The notes under the pieces: model-generated
Database searches by the model: none
What the model was told of the DNA's origin: nothing
The model's input: only the letters and a program-made list of their open reading frames with translations
Position numbers and translations under genes: made by a program
Shown: positions 1 to 13,000 of the stretch, piece after piece
How the letters are laid out: each line of letters begins with the position of its first letter
How positions within the stretch are numbered: the first letter of the stretch is position 1
Assembly (NCBI RefSeq): GCF_009914755.1
Contig: NC_060947.1
Source of the DNA: the human T2T-CHM13v2.0 reference genome, Homo sapiens
Direction: 5' to 3' (one strand)
Length of the DNA: 64,000 nt

Positions 1-3000
1 ATTCATCTCGTTGATTTAAACCTTACTTTTCCTTCAGCAGTTGGGAAACACTGTTTTCATAGAAACTGCGAAGGGATATTTTGGAGCGCTTTGAGACCTA
101 TGGTGAAAAAGGAAATATTTTCAGATACAAACTAAAAAGAAGCTTTCTGAGACACTGCTCTGTGATGTGTGCATTCATGTCACAGAGTTGAAATTTTCTT
201 TGGATTCAGCAGTTTGGAAACACTGTTTTTGTCCATTCTGAGAATGGACATTTTGGAACTCATTGAGGCCAATGGCACAAAAGCAATTATCCCAGGAAAT
301 AAACTAGAAGGAAGCTATCTAAGAAACCACTTTGTGATGTATGCATTCATCTCACAGAGTTAAATCTTTCTTTTCATTCAGCAGTTTGTAAACACTGTTT
401 TTGGACTATGTACATAAGGATATTTGGGAGAACCTATAGGCCTATGGTGAAAAAGAAAATATCTTCAGATAAAAAGTAGAAAGAAGCTCTATAAGAAACT
501 GCTTTGTGAGAAAGGTATGCAACTCACAGAGTTAAACCATTCTTTGGATAGTGCAGTTTGGAATCAATGTTATTGTCCATTCTGCCAATGGACATCTGGG
601 AGCTCATTGAGGAAAATAGCAAACAGGGGAATATCCCTGGATAACAACTAGAAGGAAGCTCTCTGAGAATCTGCTTTGTGATGTGTGCATTCATCTCACA
701 GAATTAAAACTTTATTTTCATAAAGCAGTTTGGAAACACTGTTTTTGTAGAATCTGCAAGGGATATTTCGGAGCACATTGAGGCCTATGGCAAAAAGGGA
801 AATATGTTAAGATAAAAACTGCAAAGAAGATTTCTCAGGAACTGCTTTATGATGGGTGCATTCATCTCACAGAGACAAACTTTTCTTGTCATTGAGCAGT
901 TTGGAAACACGGTCATTGTAGAATCTGAGAATGAACATTTGGGAGCTCATTGAAGCCAATGGCAAAAAAGGGAATATCACAGGAAAAAGCAGAAGGAAAC
1001 TATATGAGAAAATGCTTTGTGACGTAGGCATTCATCCTGAAGAATTAAACATTTCTTTGGATTCAGCAGTTTGGAAAGAATGTTTTGTCCATTCTGTGAA
1101 TGGACATTAGGGAGCTCATTGAGGCCAATGCCAAAAAAGTGAATACTTCCATATGAAATCCAGAAGGAAGTTTTCTGAGAAACTGCTTTGTGATGTGTAC
1201 ATTCATCTCACAGAAGTAAACTTTTCTTTTCTTTCAGCAGTCTGTAAACACGGTTTTTCTAAAATCTGAGAATGAACATTTGGAGCTCATTGAGGCCAAT
1301 GGCGAAAAAGCAAATATCCCATAATAAAAACTCGAAGGAAGTTATCTGAGAAACCGAATTGTGATGTGTGCCTTCACCTCACAGAGTAAAACCTTTCTTT
1401 TCATTCAGCAGTTTGGAAACACCGTTTTCTTAGAAACTGCGAAGAGATATTTGGTAGTGCACTGAGGCCAAAGATGAAAAAGAAAATAACTTCAGATAAA
1501 AACTAAAAAGAAGCTTTCTGAGAAACTGCTTTGTAATGTGTGATTCATCTCACAGAGCTACACCTTTCTTTGGATTCAACAGTTTGGAATCACTGTTTTT
1601 GTTTATCCACAAAATGGACATTTGGGAGCTAATTGAGGCCCATGGCAAAAAAGTGAATATCCCAGGATAATAACTAGAAGGAAGATATCTGAGAAACTGC
1701 TATGTGATGTGTGCATTCAACTCACAGAGATAAACCTCTCTTTTTCAGTCACCAGTTTGGAAACACTGTTTTGGTTAATCTGTGAAGGGATATTTGGTAG
1801 TACATTGAGGCTTATGTTTAAAAAGGAAATACCTTCATATAAAAATTAGAAAGAAGCATTCTGAGACCCTGCTTTGTGACGTGTGCATTCATCTCATAGA
1901 GTTAAACCTTTCTTTGTATTCAGCAGTTTGGAAACACTGTTTTTGTCCATCCCTGGAAAGGAGATTTGGAACTAATTTAGGTCAAAGGTGAAAAATTGAA
2001 TATCCCAGGATAACAACTAGAAGGAAGTTATCTGAGAAACCTGCCTTGTGATGTGAGCATTCATCTCACAGAGTTAAACCTTACTTTTCATTCAGCAGTT
2101 TGGAAACACTGTTTTTGTAGAATCTGCAAAGGGATATTTGGTAATGAATTGAGGCCAATGGTGAAAAAGGAAATATCCTCAGATAAAAACTAGAAAGTAG
2201 CTTTCTGTGGAACTGCTTTGTGATGTATTGATTCACCTCACAGATTTAAACCTTTCTTTGGATTCAGCAGTTTGGAAACCCTGTTTTGATCCATTCTGCG
2301 AATGGACATTTGGGAGCTCGTTGAGGCCAATGGTGACAAAGCAAATATCCCAGGATAAAAATTAGAAGGAAGCTATCTTAGAAACGGCTTTGTGATGTGT
2401 GCATTCATCTCACAGAGGTAAACTTTTCTTTTCATTTACTAGTTTGGAAACCCTGCTTTTGTAGAACCTGAGAAGGGATATTTGGGAGCGCATTGAGGAC
2501 TATGGTGAAAAAGGAAATATTTTCAGATAAAAACTAGAAAGAAGCTTTCAGAGAAACTTCGTTGTGATGTGTGCATTCATCTTGCAGAATTAAACCATTC
2601 TTTTAATTGAGCAGTTTGGAAAGGCTGTTTTCTTGGAATCTGCTAAGAGATATTTGTTAGCACATTGAGGCCTATGGTGCAAAAGGAAATATCTTTAGAT
2701 AAAAACTGGAAAGAAGTTTAATGAGAAACTGCTTTGTGACGTGTACATTCATCTCACAGTGCTATACCTTTGTTTTCATTCAGCAGTATGGAAACACTTT
2801 TTTTGACCATTTTGCAAATGGACATTTGGGAGCTCATTGAGGCCAATGGCAAAAAAGTGAATATCCTAGGATGAAAACTAGAAGGAAGCTATCTGAGAAA
2901 CCACTTTGTGATGTGTGCATTTATCTCACAGAGTTAAACTTTTCTTTTCATTCAGCACTTTGGAAACACTTTTATTGTAGAATCTGCAAAGGGATATTTA

Positions 3001-6000
3001 GGAGTGCATTGAGACCTATGGTGAGAAAGGAAATACCTTCACATAAAAACTACAAAGAAGATTTCTGAGAAACTGCTTTGTGATGTGTGCATTCAGCTCA
3101 CATTATTAAAACTTTCTTTTCATTCAGCAGTTTGGAAACACTGTTTCTGTAGAATCTGCGAAGGGATATTTGGTAGCCCATTGAGGCCTAAAGTGAAAAG
3201 GAAACACCTTCAGATAAATAGTAGAAGCTTTATGAGAAACTACTTTGTGATGTGTTCATTCACGTCATGGAGTTAAACCATTCTTTGGATTCAGCAGTTT
3301 GGAAACACTGCTTTTATCCATTCTGTGAATGGATATTTGGTAGCTCATTGAGGCCAATGGTGAAAAAGCAATTATCCCAGGATAAAAACTACTAAGAAGT
3401 TATCTAGAAACTGATATGTGATGTGTGCATTCACGTCACAGAGTTAAACTTTTCTTTTCTTTCAGCAGTTTTGAAACACTGTTTTCTTAGTACGTGCGAA
3501 GAGACATTTGGTAGCGCATTGAGGCCTATGGTGAAAAAGGAATCATCTTCATATAAAAACTAGAAAGAAGCTTTATGAGAAACTGCTTTGTGATGTATAA
3601 ATTCATCTCAAAGAGTTAAAACTTTCTGTGGATTCAGCATTTTGGAAACAATGTTTTTGTCCATTCTGCGAATGGACTTTTTGGAGTTCATTGAGGCCAC
3701 AGTCGAAAAAGGGAATATCCCAGTAAAAAAACTAGAAAGAACCTATCTGAGAAACGGATTTGTGATGTGTACATTCATCTCACAGAGTTAAACCTTCCTT
3801 TTCATTCAGCAGTTTGGAAACACAGTTTTTGTATAATCTGCAAATGGATAGTTGGGAGCACATTGAGGCCAATGGTGAAAAAGGAAATATCTTCTCATAA
3901 AAACTAGAATGAAGCTTTCTTAAACACGGCTTTGTGAAGCCTGCCTTCATCTCACACCCTTAAACATTTCTTTCTATTCAGCACTTTGGAAATGCTGTTT
4001 TCTTAGGATCAGCGAAGAGATATTTGGTAGCGCATTGGGGCCTATGGTGAAACAGGAAATATCTTCAGAAAAAAAAACAGAAAGAAGCTTTCAGAGAAGC
4101 TGCTTCATGATGTGTGCATTCATCTCACAGAGCTAAAACATTCTTTGGATTCAACAGTATGGTATTACTCTTTTTGTCTATTTGTGGAACAGAAATTTGG
4201 GAGCCCATTGAGGCCAATGGTGAAACACTGTATATACCAGGATAACAACTAGAGGGAAGACATCTGAGAAACCGCTTTGTGATGTGTGCATACATTTCAC
4301 AGAGTTAAACCTTTCTTTTCATTCAGCAGTTTGGAAACACTGTTTTCTTAGAATCTGCAAAGAGATACTTGGCAGTGCATTGAGGCCTATGGTGGAAAAG
4401 GGAATATCTTTAGATAAAAACTAGAAAGATGCTTAACTAGAAATTGCTTTGTGATGTGTACATTCATCTCACAAGGTTATACATTTCTTTGGATTCAGGA
4501 GTGTGGAAAGACTAATTTAGTCCATTCTGTGAATGGACATTTGGGAGCTCATTGAGATCAATGGCAAAAAAACAGAATATCCCAGGATAAAAACTAGAAG
4601 GAAGCTACTTGAGAAACTGATTTGTGATGTGTGCATTCATCTCACAGAGTTAAACAATTCTTTGCATTCTGCAGTTTGGAAACACTGTTTTTGTCCATTC
4701 TGTGAATGGGTATTTGGGAGCTCATTGAGGCCAATGGCGAAAAAGAGAATATCACACAATAAACACTAGAAGGACTTTATCTGAGAAACCAATTTGTGAT
4801 GTGTGCATTCATCTCACAGAGTTAAACCTTTTTTTTCCTTCAGCAGTTTGGAAACACTGTTTTCTTAGAATCTGTGAGGAGATATTTGGTAGCATATTGA
4901 AGCCTATGGGGGAAAAGGGAACAGTCTTCAAATAAAAACCAGAAAGAAGCTTTCTGAGAAACTGATTTGTGATGTGTTCATTCATCTCACAGAGTTAAAC
5001 CTTTCTTTGGATTTAGCGGCTTGGAGACACTGTTATTGTACCTTTGAGAATCAAGTAGCTCATTGAGGTCAATGCAAAAAAAAGCGAATATCCCAGGATA
5101 AAAGCTAGAAGGAAGAGATCTGAGAAACCGCTTTGGGATGTGGGCATTCATCTCGCAGAAGTAAACTTTTCTTCACATTGAGCAGTTTGGAAACTACTTT
5201 TGTAGAATCTTCCAAATGATGTCTGTGAGCAATTTGAGGGCCTCTGGTGAAAAAGGAAATGTCTTCAGTTAAATGCTAGAAAGCAGCTTTCTGAGAAACT
5301 GCTTTGTTATCTGTGCATTCATATCACACAGTTAAACCTTTCTTTATATTCAGCAGAGAGGAAACACTGTCCATTCTGCGAATGGACATTTGGGAGGTCA
5401 TTTAGGCCAGTGGTGAAAAAACGAATATCGCAGTATCAAAACTAGAAGGAAGTTATGTGAGAAACTGAAATGTGATGTGTGCCATCATCTCACAGAGTTA
5501 AACCTTTGTGTTCATTCAGCAGTTTGGATACACCATTTTCCTAGAAACTGCAAAGAGATATTTGGTAGTGCATTGAGGCCTATGGTAAAAAAGGCAATAC
5601 CTTCAGATAAAACTAGAAAGAAGCTTTCAGAGAAACTGCTTTGTCATGTGTGCTTTTGTCTCACAGAGCTAAATTTTTCTTTGAATTCAACAGTTTGGAA
5701 TCACTGTTTTTGTCCATTCACAGAATGGGCATTTGGGAGCTTATTGAAGCCAATGGCAAAAAAGTGAATATACCTGGAAAAAACTAGATGGAAGCTATCT
5801 GAGAAGCCACTTTGTGATGTGTGTATTCATCTCACATAATTAAACATTTCTTTTCATTCAGCAGCTTGCAAAGACTGTTTTCTTAGAATCTGCAAAGGGG
5901 TATTTGGCTGCACATTGAGGCTTTTAGTGAAAAATTAAATATCTTCAGTTAAAAACTAGAAACAATTTTTCTGAGAAACTGCTTTGTGATGCATTCATTC

Positions 6001-7064
6001 ATCTTACAGAGTTAAACTTTTCTTTGGATTCAGCAGTTTGCAAACACTGTTTTTGTCCATTCTGCCCATGGACATTTGGAAGTTCATTGAGTCCAAAGGC
6101 CAAAAAGTAAATTTCTCAGGATAAAAAATAGAAGGAAGTTATCTGAGAAACCTAGTTGTGATGTGCGCATTCATCTCACAGAGTTAAACCTTTCTTTTCA
6201 TTCAGCAGTTGGGAAATACTCTTTTCTTAGAATCTGCGAAGAGATATTTGGTAGTGCATTGAGGCCTAGGGTGAAAAAGGGAGTACATTCAGATAAAATT
6301 TAGAAAGAAGCTTTCTGAGAAACTGCTTTATGATGTGTGCATTCATCTCACAGAGTTAAAAGTTTATTTGGATTAAGCAGTTTGGAAACACTGTTTTTCT
6401 CCATTCTGCGAATGGACATTTGGGAGCTCATTTAGGCCAATGGTGAAAAAGAGAATATCCCTGGATAAAAACTACAAGGAAATTATCTGAGAAACTGACT
6501 TGTGATGTGTGCATTCATCTCACAGAGTTAAACCTTTCTTTGCATTGAGCAGTATGGAAACACTGTTTTCTATGAATCTGCAAAGAGATATTTTGTAGCG
6601 CATTGAGGCCTGCAGTGAAAAAGGGAATAACTTCAGTTAAAAACTAGAAGGAAGCTTTCTGAGAAACTGCTTTGTGATGTGTTCATTCATCTCACAGAGT
6701 TGTAACTTTCTTTGGATTCAGCAGTGTGAAAACACTCTTTTTGTCCATTCTGAGAATGGACATTGGGAGCTCATTGAGGCCAATGGTGAAAAAGTGACTA
6801 TTGCAGTATAAAAACAGGAAGGAAGTTATGTGAGAAACCAATTTGTGTTGTGTGCATTCATACAAAGAGATAAACCTTTCTTTTCATTCAGCAGTTTGGA
6901 AAAACAGTTTTCTTAGAATCTGCAAAGAGATATTTGGGGGCACACTGTGTACTACTGTGAAAAACAAATTATCTCCAGATAAAAAATAGAAAAAATCTTT
7001 CTGAGAAACTGTGAAGAGATATTTGGTAGCGCAATGTGGCCACTGGTGAGAAACAAAATGTTTC
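1..7064 (+). repeat. Diverged dimeric alpha satellite, block 1 (conventional orientation)
   Basis: ~171-bp period with the core tgtgatgtgtgcattcatctcacagagttaaac...cagcagtttggaaacactgtttt. A monomers (tagaatctg...gaggcctatggtgaaaaaggaaatatcttcagataaaaactagaaagaagctttctgag) mostly alternate with B monomers (tgtccattctgcgaatggacatttgggagctcattgaggccaatgg...tatcccaggataaaaactagaaggaag). No CENP-B box seen. The H1H2/SF8 assignment is from memory and less certain than the alpha-satellite call. Confidence 0.97.
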
Positions 7065-10000
7065 TTAACAGATTCTAAGAAAACAGTTTTTCCAAACTGC
7101 TGAATGAAAAGAAAGTTTTTATTCTGTGAGATGAATATACACATCACAGATCGGTTTCTCTGATCACTGCCTTCTAGTTTTTATCCTGGGATAATCAATT
7201 TTTTGCCCATGGCTTCAATGAGCTCCCAAATGTCCATTTGCAGAATGGACAAAAACAGTGTTTCAAAACTGCTGAATCCAAAGAAAGTTTTAACTCTATC
7301 ACATGAATGCACACATCACAAAGCAGTTTTTCAGAAAGCTTCTTTGTAATTTTTATGTGAAGATATTTCTTTTTCACCATAGTCCTCAGTGTACTCCTAA
7401 ATATCCCTTCACAGATTCTACAAAAACAATGTTTCCAAACTGCTGATTGAAAAGAAAGGTTTTACACTGTGAGATGACTACACACATCACCACGTAGCTT
7501 CTGATATCTTTCTTCTAGTTTTTATCTTGGGATAATCACTTTTTCGCCATTGGCCTCAATGAGCTCCCAAATGAGTATTCGTGGATTCTACAGAACAGTG
7601 TTTACAAACTGCTGAATGAAAAGAAACTTTTAACTCTGTGAGATGAATGCCCACATCGCAAAGAGGTTTCACAGATAGGTTTTTTTTTTAAATTTTTATA
7701 GGAAGGTATTTCCTTTTTCAACATAGGTCTCAATGCCCTGCCTCATATTCCTTCACAGATTCTCCAAAAAGAGTGTTTACAAACTGTTGACTGAAAAGAA
7801 ATGTTTAAATCTGCAAGATGAATGCAGACATCACAAGTCAGTTTCTCCAATATCTTTCATCCAATTTTGTCCTGGGATATTCACCTTTTCGTCATTGGCC
7901 TCAATGAGATCCCAAATGTCCATTTACAGTATGGACAAAAACAGTGTTTCCAAACTGCTGCATCCAAAGGAAGGTTGAACTCTGTGGGAGGAATGCACAC
8001 ATCACAAAGCAGTTTCTCAGAAAGCTTCTTTCTAGTTGTTATCTGAAGATATTTCCTTTTTCACCATAGGCCTCAATGTTCTCCCAAATATCTTTTAGCA
8101 CATTCTACAAAAACGGTGTTTACAAAATGCTGAATGAAAAAAATGTTTAACTCTGTGAGATGAATGCACACATCACAAACTGGTTTCTTAGATAGCTTAC
8201 TTCTAGTTTATCCTTATATATTCACTTTTTGCCTTTGGCCCCAATGAGCTCTGAAACGTTCATTCGCAGAATGGACAAAAACAGTGTTTTCAAATTGCTG
8301 AATCCAAAAAGTTTTAACTCTGTGAGATGAATGCACATATCACCAAGCAATTTCTCAAATATCTTCCTTCTAGTTTTCATCCTGGGATATTTACTTTTTC
8401 ACCCTTTGCCTCAAAGAGTTCCTAAATGTCTTTTCTCAGAATGGACAAAAGCAATGTTTCCAAAGTGCTGAATTCAAAGACAGGTTTAGCTCAGTGAGAT
8501 GAATGCACACAGCACAAGGTGGTTTCTCAGATATCTTCCTTCTAGTTTTTATCTTGGGATATTTGCTTTTTCACCATTGGCCTCAATGAGCTCCCAAATG
8601 TCCATTCACAAAATGGACCAAAACAGTGTTACCAAACTTCTGAATGAAAGAAATTTGTACTTCTGTGTGATGAAAGAGCACACCACAAAGTGGTTTCTTA
8701 GATTGCTTACTTTGAGTTTTTCTCCTAGGATATTCGCTTTTTTGCCATTGGCCTCAATGAGCTCCCAAATGTCCATTTGCAGCAGGGACAAAAACTGTTT
8801 CCAAACTGCTGAATCTTAGGAAAGGTGTAACTCTGTGAGATGAAGGCACACATCACAAAGCAGTTACTCAGATGTCTTCCTTCCAGTATGTATCTTGGGA
8901 TATTTGCTTTTTCACCATTGGCCTCAAAGAGCTCCCAAATGCACATTCATAGACTGGACCAAAAGAGTGTTAGCAAACTTCTTAAAGAAAGGAAAGTTGT
9001 ACCTCCGTGAGATGAATGCATGCATCACAAAGCAGTTTCTCAGAAAGCTTCTTTCTAGTTTTTATCCGAATATTTTTCCATTTTCACATTAGAACTCAAT
9101 GTGCTACCAAATATCTCTTTGTAGATTCTAATAAGACAGTGTTTCCAAATTGCTGAATGAAAAGAAAGTTTTAATGCACACATCGTAATGTGCTTTCTTA
9201 AGTATTTTTTTTCTAGTTTTTATCCTGGAATATTAACTTTTTTGCCATTGTCCTCAATGAGCTCCCAAATGTCCATTCATAGAATGGACAAAAACCTTGT
9301 TTGCACACTGGTGAATCCAAAGAAAGTTTTAACTTTCTTTTTATCTGAAGACATTTCCTTTTTCACCATTGGCCTCAATGCCCTCCAAAATATAGCTTCA
9401 CAGATTCTACAAAAAAAGTGTTTCCAAACTGCTGAATTAAAAGAAAACTTTAAATCTATGAGATGAATGCACACATAAGAAAACAGTTTCTCAGATATCT
9501 TCCTTCTAGTTTTTAATACTGTGATAGTCGCTTTTTAGGAATTGGTTTCAATGAGGTCCAAAGTGACCATTAGTAGAATGGACAAAAACACTGTTTCCAA
9601 ACTGCTGAATACAAGGAAACTTTTAACTCTCTGAGATGAATGCACCCATGACAAAGCAGTTTCTCCGAAAGCTTCTTTCTAATTTTTACCTGAATATATT
9701 TTCTTTTTCACCACAGGCTACTATTTGCTACAAAATATCCCTTTGCAGACACTAACAAAACAGTGTTTTGAAACTTCTGAATGAAAAGAAAGTTTTAACT
9801 CTGTGAGATGAGTACATGGAGCAAAAAAGAGGTTTCTCAGATATCTTCTTTCTAGGGATTATCCTGGGATATTCACTTTTCACAATTGGCCTCAATGAGC
9901 TACTAAGTGTCCATTCACATAATGGACAAAAACATTGTTTCCAAACTGCTGAATCCAAAGACAGGTTTAACTCTATGAGATGAAGGACCACATCACAAAT

Positions 10001-13000
10001 CAGTTTCTCAGAAAGTTTCTTTCTAGTTTTTATCTGAAGATATTTCCTTTTTCACCATAGGCCTCAATGCGCAGTCAAATGTCCCTTCGCAGATTCTACA
10101 TAAACAGCGTTTCCAAACCGCTGAATGAAAAGAAAGTTTTAACTCTGCAAGATAAATGCAGACATCACAAAGCAGTTTCTCAGATAGCTTCCTTCAAGTG
10201 TTTATCCTGGGATATTTTCTTTTTCACTATTGGCCTAAATGAGCTCCCAAATTTCCATTTGCAGCATGCACAAACACTGCTTCCAAACTGCTGAATCCAA
10301 AGAAAGGTTTAACTCTGAGATGAATGCAAACAACACAAAGCAGTTTCTCAGCAAGCTTCATTTTAGTTGTTTTATGAAGATATTCCCTTTTTTGCAATAG
10401 GCCTCAATGGGTTCCCAAATATCGGTTTGCAGATTCTTCAAAAACAGTGTTTCAAAACTGCTGAATGAAAAGGAAAGTTTAAATCTCCAAGATGAATGCA
10501 CACATCATGAAGCGGTTCCTCAGATAACTTCTTTCTAGTTTTTATCCTGGGATATTCGCTTTTTCACCACTGGCCTCAATGAGCTCCAAGAAGTCCATTC
10601 ACAGAATGGACAAAGCAGTGTTTCCAAACTGCTGAATCCAAAGAAATGTTTAACTCTCTGAGATGAAGTAACACATCAAACTGCAGTTTCCCAGGATGCT
10701 TCTTTCTAGTTTTTATCTGAAGATATTTCCTTTTTCACAATAGGCCTCAATGCGCTGCCAAATATCCCTTCACAGATTATACAAAGACAGTGTTTCCAAA
10801 CTGCTGAATGAAAAGAAAGTTTTAACAATGCTAGATGAATGCACACATCACAAAGCGTTTTCTCAGTCATTTTCCTTCTAGTTTTCATCCTGGGATATTC
10901 ACATTTTCACCACTGGCCTGAAAGATCTCCCAAATGTCCATTCGCAGAATGGACAAAAACGGTGTTACCAAACTGCTGAATCCAAAGGTATGTTTAATTC
11001 TGTGAGATGAAGCATACATCCTAAAGCAGTTTTTCATTAAGCTTCTTTGTAGTTTATATCTGAAGATACTTCCTTTTTCACCACAGGCCTCAAGGCACTA
11101 CCAAATATCTATTCGCAGATTCTAAGAAAGCAGTGTTTCCAAACCTCTGAATGAAAAGAAAGGTTTAAATCTGTGAGATGAATGCACACATCACAAATCG
11201 GTTGCACAGATAATGTGCTTCTAGTTTTTATCCTTTTATATTCACTTTTCTGCAATGGCCTCAATGAGCTCCCAAACGTCCTTTCGCAGAATGGAAAAAA
11301 AAAACAGTGTCTCCAAACTGCTGAATCCAAAGAAATGTTTAACTCTGTAAGATGAATGAACATGTCACAAAGCAGTTTCTCAGAAAGCTTCTTTCTAGTT
11401 TTTATCTGAACATATTTCCTTTTTCACAATAGGCCTCAATGCACTGCTAAATATCCCTTCTCAGATGCTACAAAAATAGTGTTTCCAAACTGCCGAATGA
11501 AAAGAAAGGTTTAACTCTGTGAGATGAATGCACACATCACTAAGCGGTGTCTCAGAGAGCTTCCTTCTAATTTTTATCATGGGATATTTGCTTTTTTACC
11601 ATTGGCTCAATGAGTTCCTAAATGTCTATTTGCAGAATGTACAAAAACACTGTTACCAAACTGCTGAATCCAAAGAAGTATTTAACTCTGTGAGATGAAT
11701 CCACACTTCACAAAGCAATTTCTCAGAAAGCTTCTTTCTGGTTTTTATCTGATAATATTTCCTTTTTCACAGTAGGCCTCAATGTGCTGCCAAATATCAA
11801 TTTGCAGATTCTAAGAAAACAGTGTTTCCCAACTGCTGAATGAAAAGAAAATTTTAAATCTGTGAGATGAATGCACACCACACAGAGAAGTTTCTCAGAT
11901 ATCTACCTTGTAGTTTTTACCCTGGGATATTTGATTTTTTGCCATTGGCGTCAATGAACTCCCAAATGTCCAATAGGAGGATGGACAAAAACAGTGTTAA
12001 AAAAAACAGCTGAATCCAAAGAAATGTTTAAGTCTGTGAGATGAAACCACACATCAAAAGTAGTGTCTCAGAACGGTTCTTTCTAGTTTTTATCTGAAGA
12101 TATTTTCATTATAGGCCTCACTGGGTAACTAATATCTCTTTGCAGACTCTAAGAAAACAGTTTCCTAACTGCTGAATGAAAACAAAGGTTTAACACTGAG
12201 AGGAATGACCACATCACAAAGCAGTTTCTCAAAAAGCTCCATTCTAATTTTTACCTGAATATATTCCCTTTTTCACCATAGTCCTCAACGAGATCCTAAA
12301 TATCCTTCCGCAGATTCTAGAAAAACAATGTTTCCAAACTGCTGAATGAAAAAAAAATTTAACTATGTGAGATGAATGCATACAACCCAGAGCAGTTTCT
12401 CAGATATCTTCTTTCTAGTTTTTATCCTGGGATAATCACTTTTTTGCCTTTGGCTGAGGCAAAATGAGCTTCCAAATGTCCGTTCACGGAATGGACAAAA
12501 ACAGTGTTTCCAAACTGCTGAATCCAAAGAAAGGTTTAACTCTGTGAGATGAACGAACACATCACAAAGCAGTTTCTCAGAAAGCTTCTTTCTAGTTTTT
12601 ATCTGAAAACATACACTTTTTCACCATAGGCCTCAATGTGCTTCAAAATATCCTTTCACATATTCCACAAAAAGAGTGTTTAAAAACTGCTGAATGAAAA
12701 GAAAAGTTTAACTCTGTGAAATGAAAACACACATAGCAAATCAGTTTCTCAGATAACGTGCTTGTAGTTTTTATCCTGGGATATTCACTTTTTCACCATT
12801 GGCCTCAGTGGGCTCCAAAAAGTCCTTTGGCAGAGTGGAAAAAAACAGTGTAAATAAACTGCTGAATCTAAAGAAATGTTTAACTCTGTGAGATGAATCC
12901 CCACATCAAAAAACTAGTCTCTCAGAAGGGTTCTTTTTAGTTTTTTTGTCTCAAGATATTTCCTTTTATACCATAGGCTTCATTGTGCTACTAAATATCT

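Noticed and set aside
2557-2573. cttcgttg resembling the start of a CENP-B box
   Set aside because: It lacks the A..CGGG half of the motif and is not at the box position in the monomer. Box positions carry the A-type ctatggtgaaaaaggaa or the B-monomer equivalent.
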